DNA from: Lytechinus pictus
Lineage: Eukaryota
NCBI RefSeq assembly: GCF_037042905.1
Contig: NC_087245.1
Coordinates: 25,608,001-25,672,000 of the forward strand
Direction of reading: 5' to 3'
Length of the DNA stretch: 64,000 bases
The first letter of the stretch is position 1. Each line of letters opens with the position of its first letter. Positions 55,201 to 64,000 of the stretch are shown one piece after another. The position numbers and the translations under genes were made by a program. Under the pieces are notes generated by a model. The model was not told the DNA's origin. It ran no database searches and saw nothing but the letters and a program-made list of their open reading frames with translations.

Positions 55201-58200
55201 GTTTAAAAAGATATAATTTATATCGATGAACGACCATGCAAATGAGAGAAACAGAAAAGAAAATGGTTGTTTTCCTCAGTATACAACATTAGGTTCCTAA
55301 TACCCGCATAAAACTATTGGGTTTATTTAAAGTAAGAGGGGAAAATAGTCAGGACTATTATAAAAAGAACACTAATGGACATTTCCACGAGTTATTTATA
55401 AAAACTTTGGAGACAAAGTATACCAATAACAAGAACAAAATAGGAATATAGAAATGTAAAATATCGAATAACTGATAGTTAACTTCCATGCACTGATTTA
55501 ATAAATCATTTTCTTTGAGGTGGCATACAACAATTCGTCAACCTATATAGCGAGTCTTCTTCTAAGCAATTTTGATATCCACATCAAGGGAGGAGTGATC
55601 GACTAACCTTTGTTGTGCAAGCTCCAATCCAAGTACATATATGACATTTTGAATCATAGTGAATCAATGTCATTGTGTTACTGGGAGACGAATCAGAATA
55701 CATCACCTGATGACAAAAGGAAAGATTAAACCAACCAGTAATTCACTTTCCTTTAAATTATACTTTTAATTGCGATGGATCTACAATAGGAGATTAAACT
55801 GGTGGATGCTATAGTAATACTAGATTACCAAAGTATCTTCATTTATTTCCGGTGACATGGTGGATTATTTTTAATCAAATTGATATCATTTCATGAAACA
55901 TTAGTTTATTTACTGTACTGTACAGTTAAGAAATACCATTGTGACCTTATCATCAAATACAATGCAAATACAAATAAAATATCTAATAATTTCTATGCTG
56001 CCATTACATTCATTAAATAAGATATTCATATAAATGTTGACATCGCAGTCACGGAAAGAGGCTTCTATCGGCTTAAGTTAACGATACTTCTATGAAATGA
56101 TTTTGTTTTTCTTTTTTGCAGAAATAAATCGTCTTAAATTCGTCAAGTTCTTACCTGAACCTCCCATCTCATTGTAGCATCTTCGTTAGCAGCTCCTTCT
56201 ATTATCGGTACATTGCACAATACAGTCTTTCTGTTGATTCTGATTGCGATGGACTGAGCGTAGATAACTGACGACACATCGTTTATTCCGTCCTAAAATT
56301 ATGAAGAAAACTATACTCTAAATATATGTGTAATAAAGATCACAAGATATTGGTATATGATAGTCTATCAAGCAACATTTATACAAAGCTATACACAGGT
56401 AGCATGTCTGCACCGTATTTGTTTAGTGTTATGTGGTGTATGTGGGCCAACAGAAGATCGACATATTTCACAAATTCTGGCGTGAATTAGTACATTGATC
56501 ATGATATTTGTATTTCATGGTGCTATCAACTAAACGAAAGACGTAAACTAAACGAAAGCATAACACATAGTGTGCAACAAAGTGAATTAATCAATTCTCT
56601 GCAACATTTTATCAGGCCCATATTTCTTCAACGTCTTATCTTAGTTTCCTTACCATACATTGCCATAAGGTTCTCGCGATATTTCCCCGACCCTCTCCGT
56701 GGTCATACACAATTATTTTTTTCCAATTTCGAATAGTACCCGTTATTTCTCGGGGCCATGACTTTAACAGTCTTAAAGGACATATAAAAAACGTTACACT
56801 AAAATGAAAAAGGGAATGCATTTACCTTTAATAAAGAGAAGAGGCATGTAATGGCCTTGCCTTCTCTATATTCTCTTGCTGTAATCCTAACTGTATCACA
56901 TCTTTGGGTTTCTCTGTCACATAACCCATTGTTCTCTAACCTCACAATGTAGGGTATAGCATCTGCAATTGATAACATCAGAAAACTAAATCAATTCATT
57001 TAACAAGCAAAACGCAAATCATTTAAAGTCCACAGAAATATTTCTTCCTCAATATTTGATTTTAGCAAGTATTTCTGTAGGAATATTAACACTGGTAAAA
57101 TGGGTAAATACAGATATCTACTTCATTATCATTAGTTTAGAATTTACGCAATATTATAATGTAATATTTAGAAAGATATGCAGGCCAGTGAAAAGTAGTG
57201 GTATCTATAAAGGCTAGTAAACATGTTAGCCCGGTATAAGTTTTGTATATCTCCTCTGGGATGTGGTATTTAGAAGATCCCAATATTTATTTTTTAGTCC
57301 TTTTTCTATCTCCATTTTGGCTTTACTCTTTTGATAGTATTCTAAATAATCTCACCCGTTATGTTTTTATCAATAGCATTATATCATTTTGTGTAGATCT
57401 ATATCAATGTTGTTTTTCCATGAATTTGATTGTATGAAGTGGCTAACTCCATTCTTCCCGCTCTAATTCAGTTTGAGAAAGCGAATTACTTGTGTATACA
57501 GGTTGCATAGGTGAGTGTTTTTTTTAGTGCTTTCTGTAAATTAAGATTACTGATATGGAAGGATTTCTTTTTACCATCTTTCCAACTGCAGTCAGGTGGT
57601 TCATACTTGTCTTCACATATACATCCCTGTTTGGTACATACACCATGACCATTACAATCATTGGGACAGTTAAGCGCCCTCAACACTCCTTCGGGCGGTA
57701 CAATTTCTCCTAGCTCATTCCCAGAGCTAACATCAGGTCTCCACAGCGTTCTATTGGACACATAGGCCGCCTCGCATTGGTTCTCAACCAAAGGCAATGT
57801 CTGCGACGCCCAGGTCAAATCCTCAGTTAACTGCACATCACTGAGGCACATCTCAACGGCGTCATCGATGTACATGTTAGTCCTCAAGCCACTCTCGCCA
57901 CAAGCATTAGCGAGTGTGGTGTTGGCGACAGTCTGGAAGCAGAACTCCCTTGCTTGTTCGTAGGATATACCACTTGGTGTCGGCCAAGTGGCTCTTAATG
58001 GTCTCAGGTCACTCGGTCTGTGATCTGGTAGGAAGAAGTAAGAGCTCTGAACACTTGGTCCAACTGGCCCTGTGTCATCAAATAAACCCACAGGAATGTC
58101 TAGATCAAAGAGATTAAAGAAATCCCGCAGGGCTATTTGGTCCAATGATGTATCGCTTGGTGGCGGGTTAAGTTGCCGCTTAGTCCTATCATCAGATGCA

Positions 58201-61200
58201 CTCCTCTTCCGCCTCCTCCCAAAAGGATTATTTGATATGAGGTTCGAATACACGTATGTGACGTCATTTGATTGAACCAATTCTCTCCTGTATACGTCTT
58301 CAAATCGGGTACATCGAGGTCTACAGGACGTCTCACCCAGGCAGCCAAGACTCTGGATTGGATATAAATCACCCCTTGGAGGAACTATAGGAGATAGACA
58401 CGAACAGGCTGGAAGACGAAGCTCATAAGGCACTGGTAGGGGTATTGTATTGAACATACCTCCATCACGCAGTCTGAAATTAATCATAAAATTCAATGTC
58501 AAAGGTCTCGTATTCATGATAATTAAGTATTGATATTAAGCAACAATGTAACTGCATGGTACAGTACTCAACCCAGGTCAGTTATATGGGCTTGTTACAA
58601 ACTTTCAGGTGAGTTTGGTGTTAGTTTCTTTAGTACTTATTATGCGCTTTGGAATATCTTAATATACAATATTAATGCCTATTATTATCACATCCAAAAT
58701 GAAGGAAATACATGTATATTAAATAGAAAGCAAAAAAAGAGAAGAATTTGGGGTGATTCTTTGTTTGTTTTTAATTATGACATTCCAGTCTATTCAATAT
58801 AAAGGGGTGGTATATTCAGTTAAAAAGAAAATAAAAGTGATTCACAAATATGCTTTTTAGGATGTCATAAAGCCTGTAATATACAAAAAATACTACACCA
58901 AAAAAACCTGAAATAAATGCAAAATGTAGAATGCCTCTGGTGGTATCGTTTGCATCACACTTTAGAGCAGGATTTTTTTTGTACTTTAATGATATCAAAA
59001 TACATCATGCTTTTATTTATTCCATGAATTCACAATTCCACTTTAAAAAGTAAGGAAATTAATGGATAAGAATTAGAATAAAACTATGACAAAATATATA
59101 TTATAATCCAAGATTTTGACCTTTTACCCACATAATCGCTCATACTCGCTCATAGTCCTTATATACAATCTTGGAGTATCGAAACAATTTTGCTTTTCAT
59201 CATTAGAAACAAATGAGTGGAACGCCTCTGGCAATATCGCCTGCATTACCAGACTCAATATAGCTGTAGTGCTGACTTTCAAACAACCAAGACGAATAGT
59301 TCTTAACAAAAAAAAAACACCATTAATATATACTGGGTTCTTTGAGCCTAAATGACCTTTAATCATTTTACAGGTGTTTCAGGTCACATAAGGTCAAAGT
59401 TCATTTGGGCTCAATCAAACTTATTATGACTTCTAAAAAACTTCAATCTTGTTACCCAAAACATGGTCAAAGTTCTTTGACCATAAATGACCTTTGACCT
59501 TGGTCATATAACCTGATACTCTTGAAATATGACCAGTGATATTTAATTACCCTTATGTCCAAGTTTCATGAAATAGGTAATTACACTTTCTAAGTTGAAA
59601 TAACATTTCGAAAACTTGACCTTAGAAAGATTTCAAAGTTGACGACGCTAGCGTCGCAAAAGCAGCACCTAGTCTCGCTCTGCAATGCAGGCGAGGCAAA
59701 ACACTTGTTTATAAAATTGTGCTTAAATAAAGCCTTATGCTAAGTAAAACCTTATGCTTAACAAAAAATGTTTAGGTACCCACCGCTTCTTCAACACCTT
59801 AAATATAAAACCCTATGCTTATCTAGGGCCTCAAACTTAAAAACCATATCCTCTACAACATATGTTTAAAAACCTTACGCTGGAAAACTGTTTACAATCC
59901 CTATGCCAACTAAATCGACGTGTTTAAAAATCTTCTGCTTAAAAACCTTATGCTTAAGAACTGTATGCCTAAATACATCATTACGCTTAAAAATATGCTT
60001 AACTAAAACAGTTTGCTTAAAGGTTAAGAACCTGTGCTTTAAGATTTTATAATTATGGCATTATGCTCAATTAGGACCTTAAACTTAAAAACATTATGCT
60101 TTGAAACCAATCTTGTGCTAAAAAACAACATGCCTTAAATCCTTATGCTCAAAAACCTTGTGACTAAGAACCCTTATGCTTAAGAACCATATGCTTAAAA
60201 ACTTGTGCCTGAAAAGTTAATGCTTAAATTAAAAGTACGCTTAACTCAAATCGTTCTTGAAGATCTGATATGGCATTATGCTCAATTACGACCATAAACT
60301 TAAAACCATATGTTTTAAAACCTATGCTTTAGAACCTTATGTTTAACAAATCCCCTTTGTTTGGGAACCTAATGCTTAAAATCATTTGCTTAAAACCCTA
60401 TGCCTAAGAACCTAATGCTTAAAAAACCCTTTGCTTAAAAACCATATGCTCATAAACCTTATGCTTGATAACCATTTGCTTAAGAACCCTATGCTTAAAA
60501 TCTTTGCTTGAGAACCTTATGCTTAAAACCCTATGCTTAAGAACCCCATGCTTAAGAACCTTATGCTAAAAACCTTATGCTTAAAAACCTTATGCTTAAG
60601 GAATCCTGTGCTTAAGAACTTGATGCTTATCTCTAAATAGACTGGGCTATTTCGAAGCCTAAGAAGACTGGGAGCTGATTCACCCACCCCCTTATGATCT
60701 AGGCCGTCCATCGCGTGATCGAGACGAAATTGGCAAGCATGTAACCCATGACAGAATCTACTAAACTATAAGATCAAATACTGGTGACATTTTCATTGGT
60801 AGTTAATAATGCTAATTTATGCGTAAAATCAAAATGTTGCTCTAATTAAATAATGCCCCAATAATGGTAATTTTTGGTTTACAGACTCTTTATAAGAATC
60901 TCACCAAATGTAATTAAAAAAAATCAACATCACATTTATTTTCTAAATTTCTTATGTATTTCTTTGTTTTACTACTTTTTTATTGATTTTTTAAACGGGG
61001 AATTTCTTTTGACCATAAATAAGATGAAATTAATTGATGTTTATCAGTAAAAGAAAAAATAATGATACATTCATGAATTTTGACTAGAAACATTATTTGC
61101 ATTGAATTTGTACGCATTTGTTATTTCGGAACCGTGAACCCGGGGGTCGCAATTCTAGTCTCAAAAGTTGCGCGAGACTGGAATATAAAAGTCAGCGAGT

Positions 61201-62159
61201 GACTGCGCGGCGAATTTATCGCTAAAAATGTCGGGGGCCGAATTAGCCCCCAAGTCTTATTAGGGTTAAAAACCTTGTGCTATAATCATTAGGCTTAATT
61301 CTAATGCTTAACTAAATCCATAAACTTAAAACATAATGCTTCAGAAGCTTATGCATAAGAACTTTATGCTTACGAACCCCATTTCGCCTTCTCGTATGCG
61401 AACCCCAGGGAATAATAATAATAATAATAATAGTGTGACTTATAAAACGCCAAATCCACTCTGTAGAAAGCTCAAGGCGCATAAAGAGCAAAAGAGTTTG
61501 GGGAAGATTTTTAAAAGTCTAAACAGATTTTTTAAATACACATTTCATGTCTTCAGCAAGGCTATTCCACAAAGTGGGGCATGCATGAGCAAAGGAAAGC
61601 AGTTCTCAAATAAAGAAACCTTTTGTCAGTGTATGTCAAGACAATTTTTTTTTCCAAAATGTGATTTCACACACAAATTTATTTTAATTTGTACTTTTTT
61701 CAGACAATGAACAAAGAATTAATTTTGATTAAAGTAAATTGATCTGAAATGACTTTTGACATTGACCCAAAGACAAAACATGAGCATGATGATACCAGAC
61801 AAGCATCAAGTATACAAGTTTAAAAGTATAACAAGTGGAATTTTTCTGATAGTATCGCCTGCATTACGTGGTTCAATGTTGCGGCAGTGCGAACTTTGAA
61901 AACAACCAATTATTCATAAAAACACCATTCATATGATGTTGAGCCTAAATGACCTTCGACCTTGGTCATATGACGTAAAACTCTTGCAAGTATTCTGATT
62001 ACCCTTATATCCAATTTTCATGAAATTGGTACATATACTTTTTAAGTTATGACATTTCAAAGAATAAACCTTGGTTCAGATTTCAATGTTGATGACGACG
62101 CCGTCGCCGTCGGAAATGTGGCGCCTACAGTATCGATATGCTGTGTGAGATAAGACCCT

Positions 62160-62194
<35 letters not shown>

Positions 62195-63736
62195 CCCAAA
62201 CCAAACAATTGATAATAAACTCGTAGTTCAGTGACCTTAAATGACACTTGACCTTGACTAGGAACATGATATTCTATTGTGATATCTAATAATCTTCTCA
62301 GGCATGTATCATTATTTGATTTGAACAAATACTTTTGAACGATGAACACATATATTCATTTATCAGAGTTATCTCATTTACAATGACCTTTAACCTTGAC
62401 CAAATTACCTAAAATCGTCATCATGCAAGTGGGACAACTGATAACCATTACATCGAATATTAACAGAATAATGAAGACATGGGATTTCAATATTGATTCA
62501 ATTTTTTTTTTGAAAAGCGATACCAATTTATTGACCCCAGACAACCTTTGACCTTAACTTAGTGACCTGACATTATATTCACTCATATCCCGATATATGA
62601 TAATCATTATGAAACAGTGACTTTCAAAAGTATTTCGCAAATTACTATTTATTATTAACCTTGGTTGGTTAAGGTTTGGATGTTGATACAGCGATCCCAA
62701 AGTTCACTGACCATAACCTTTAATACTGATCGTCGGGCATGAAATTCATGTCACGTGAACAGTGATAATGATTGCCCATATATCCAAGTTTCATGAAATG
62801 TGTGCTCACACTTTCATAGTTATGATGCTAAATTATTTCAAAAAATAAGTATTCAGTGTTGACGACGCCGCCGCTACCGCAGCTGCCGTCGGAAGAGCGG
62901 CCACTATATACAAAGTAAACATAGCATTTTAGAAAATATCGAAGAAGGAATATATACGAGAACGTAGAGCGTAGCATATTATATCATTAATGCTTTTACA
63001 ATTTGTATTTATATCTGCGCTTTCACTATTAATGTTTGTTGGTTCAACTTCATAAAGGAATATTGATGAATAGGGTGTTTGCTTTTTCATATACTGTCCG
63101 ATGAAGACTTTCAGTTTTAGTGAATGAGTTGTTGAGAAGAGAACATACCAATAGCAGTGTGATGAATGATAATTGCTTGCTGACTCAACTGCAAAGTTAA
63201 TCATAATCCTGTTTAAAAGTCGCGTGGATATTTTTTTTATTGAACGTTTGCAAATTCTAAATATTTTTAACAACGCAGTTAAACAATAGTCAACATGTGA
63301 CCAGAAATTAAAGCAACGTTAAAATAGTTTTGATGAATACGTTTTTTACAGATGTTAATATATCAAATAGAACGAAATTTTTGAGTACATGTGCGATATA
63401 GTAAAAAAAAAACACACTAGCTAGACGCAAACAAAAGTGATTACTGGGACGTAGGGTTAGAAGGGGAAAATAAAGATGCTACATATTTAACAAAATTTTA
63501 AATGAACCGATTGCTACTGACCTCCATAACTCCACAAATTCGTTTGCCTGTCCAAACCTCATGGCCAAATCCAGATCCCTGCCCTGTTTATCATGAAACT
63601 CATTGTCAGGATTACCATCAAATGTTCCACAAAGACCAACTGTACGATTGAAGTCAAGAGAGGGCGCTTGAACAGTGATACTCATGCCCCAGTCGGAGAT
63701 ATCAGCTCGAATGAAGGCCCCTGATGAAAATTCAAC
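43266..63736 (-). CDS. VWDE: von Willebrand factor D and EGF domain-containing protein (VWDE-like); 19 exons in window, 5'-partial
   Basis: Manually spliced exons all have GT-AG boundaries with matching phases (3168 nt = 1055 aa + TAA). Domain order: VWD C-terminus ([14 protein letters not shown]), linker with RRRKR, Cys-rich C8-like/EGF segment, cadherin-like DPD segment, then an EGF-repeat array. This matches the known VWDE architecture. Confidence 0.9.
44122..44443. mobile_element. Palindromic MITE in the last VWDE intron
   Basis: TGCAAAGGAGCTAATCTG / CAGATTAGCTCCTTTGCA, with inverted symmetry continuing across the element. Confidence 0.8.
44638..44752 (-). CDS. VWDE: VWDE last EGF exon ([12 protein letters not shown]...[10 protein letters not shown])
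   Basis: tatAG acceptor; consensus donor AG/GTGAGT at 44637, with an alternative in-frame donor at 44652; phase 1-2. Confidence 0.85.
45096..45191 (-). CDS. VWDE: VWDE EGF exon ([12 protein letters not shown]...SCET)
   Basis: ttcAG/GTAAG; 96 nt, phase 1-1. Confidence 0.9.
46166..46261 (-). CDS. VWDE: VWDE EGF exon ([12 protein letters not shown]...KCHK)
   Basis: cttAG/GTAAT; 96 nt, phase 1-1. Confidence 0.9.
46619..46714 (-). CDS. VWDE: VWDE EGF exon ([12 protein letters not shown]...MCER)
   Basis: tacAG/GTGGG; 96 nt, phase 1-1. Confidence 0.88.
47141..47236 (-). CDS. VWDE: VWDE EGF exon ([12 protein letters not shown]...YCQR)
   Basis: tctAG/GTAAT; 96 nt, phase 1-1. Confidence 0.9.
47480..48372. 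mobile_element. hAT-like non-autonomous element with GCTCGCGCTTCGCGCTCGCA subrepeats (left end unclear)
   Basis: Right terminus GGATCCGCCCCTG; about six subrepeats similar to the interior of 11927-12551. Confidence 0.6.
48397..48492 (-). CDS. VWDE: VWDE EGF exon ([12 protein letters not shown]...ACQT)
   Basis: atcAG/GTAAG; 96 nt, phase 1-1. Confidence 0.9.
49921..50016 (-). CDS. VWDE: VWDE EGF exon ([12 protein letters not shown]...RCEI)
   Basis: gacAG/GTAAG; 96 nt, phase 1-1. Confidence 0.9.
50889..50984 (-). CDS. VWDE: VWDE EGF exon ([31 protein letters not shown])
   Basis: tacAG/GTAAG; 96 nt, phase 1-1. Confidence 0.9.
51613..51711 (-). CDS. VWDE: VWDE EGF exon
   Basis: tacAG/GTAAG; 99 nt, phase 1-1; six Cys. 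Confidence 0.88.
52510..52650 (-). CDS. VWDE: VWDE exon, EGF-like ([12 protein letters not shown]...GDGITCK)
   Basis: tacAG/GTACT; 141 nt, phase 1-1. Confidence 0.88.
52979..53137. mobile_element. MITE with CAGGGGCCGCGGAAC TIRs and 5-bp TSD
   Basis: Perfect 15-bp TIR CAGGGGCCGCGGAAC/GTTCCGCGGCCCCTG; ATACT on both sides. Confidence 0.8.
53518..53755 (-). CDS. VWDE: VWDE exon, two EGF-like repeats
   Basis: actAG/GTATT; 238 nt, phase 0-1; CRCRNGGEC...[11 protein letters not shown]. Confidence 0.9.
54114..54382 (-). CDS. VWDE: VWDE exon, cadherin/Ig-like segment (NVPPV...LDAIDPD...LTDECG...ME)
   Basis: aacAG/GTAAT; 269 nt, phase 1-0, open frame. Confidence 0.88.
55023..55137 (-). CDS. VWDE: VWDE exon ([14 protein letters not shown]...CQQCRP...WSISE)
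   Basis: tttAG/GTATG; 115 nt, phase 0-1. Confidence 0.88.
55608..55706 (-). CDS. VWDE: VWDE exon ([33 protein letters not shown])
   Basis: catcAG/GTTAG; 99 nt, phase 0-0; YDxxCxxC motif. Confidence 0.85.
56155..56292 (-). CDS. VWDE: VWDE exon (DGINDVSS...MRWEVQ)
   Basis: ttttAG/GTAAG; 138 nt, phase 0-0. Confidence 0.85.
56826..56962 (-). CDS. VWDE: VWDE exon ([21 protein letters not shown]...LLK)
   Basis: ttgcAG/GTAAA; 137 nt, phase 1-0, open frame. Confidence 0.85.
57575..58473 (-). CDS. VWDE: VWDE large exon (linker with furin-type sites, Cys-rich region, EGF-like [11 protein letters not shown])
   Basis: Lies within ORF 57486..58517; tttcAG acceptor, GTAAAA donor; 899 nt, phase 2-1. Confidence 0.92.
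59211..59701 (-). mobile_element. Non-autonomous Helentron family B copy (VWDE intron)
   Basis: Same termini: GTGGAACGCCTCTGGCAATATCGCCTGC ... GTCTCGCTCTGCAATGCAGGCGAGGC. Confidence 0.75.
59713..61378. repeat. ~15-bp minisatellite (AAAACCTTATGCTTA), split by the MITE at 60631-61265
   Basis: Dozens of degenerate units; most regular at ~60370-60628. Confidence 0.85.
60631..61265. mobile_element. piggyBac-like MITE inserted into a minisatellite
   Basis: Left TTAT|CTCTAAATAGACTGGG, right CCCAAGTCTTATTAGGG|TTAA; the minisatellite resumes on both sides. Confidence 0.65.
61411..61590 (-). mobile_element. Probable 3'-end remnant of an L2/CR1-group LINE
   Basis: (ATT)n tail on the minus strand preceded by GCGCCTTGAG..GGCGTTTTATAAG. 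Confidence 0.4.
61830..62910 (-). mobile_element. Two degenerate Helentron family B copies (61830-62156 and ~62230-62910)
   Basis: ACAAGTGGAA..ATCGCCTGCATTAC start; GACGACGCCG..GTCGGAA..GCG motif at ~62095 and ~62860; TGACCT subrepeats. Confidence 0.6.
63522..63736 (-). CDS. VWDE: VWDE exon, VWD domain C-terminal part ([19 protein letters not shown]...FVELWR)
   Basis: tttAG acceptor, GTCAGT donor; 215 nt, phase 0-2; GLCGTFDGN motif. Confidence 0.9.
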
Positions 63737-64000
63737 CTAAATGGAAGAGGAAATTGACAATAAAAAAACTTCAAGAAATGTACTAAAACTCTATCTGACA
63801 GCATGGGAAGTCATGTTTTGTTCAAACTGGAGATTCAACTACAGAAATTCAACTACAAGACAAGATGCCTCGATTTAGTGGAAATGACGTCTGACAATAA
63901 TAGCTACAAAGACTATATAACTTAAGAATAACTGAATAGTACTAAATGTCAATAATTTATCGCACCCTTTGTAAATAAATCACTAGCACACAAACGAAAT

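Noticed and set aside
59713..61378. CRISPR array or telomeric repeat
   Set aside because: Contiguous ~15-bp units without spacers, and not TTAGGG-based

Overview
AT-rich, repeat-dense animal genomic DNA. The repeat landscape and gene structure suggest an echinoderm, probably a sea urchin (inference). One protein-coding gene is well supported: a minus-strand VWDE-like gene (von Willebrand factor D + EGF domains). I traced 19 GT-AG exons from 63736 down to the stop at 43266, giving 1055 in-frame codons; its 5' part lies beyond the window. The window also holds a tandem cluster of three tRNA-Val(CAC) genes (11265-11762), a head-to-tail array of ~1.8-kb Helentron-type non-autonomous elements (1-4508), and a second Helentron-type family in 4-5 dispersed copies. 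Other mobile DNA includes a 2.77-kb foldback element built from ~190-bp subrepeats, a 5'-truncated CR1/L2-group LINE with an open RT C-terminal frame, tRNA-derived SINEs, and many MITEs (hAT, Harbinger, CACTA, piggyBac-like). Mini- and microsatellites are common. I found no other convincing coding exons in ~4.5-43 kb and no clear evidence of a wholly new system. The best leads are the Helentron array that appears to be becoming a higher-order satellite, the foldback element, the decaying tRNA cluster and the modular, protease-processed VWDE architecture.
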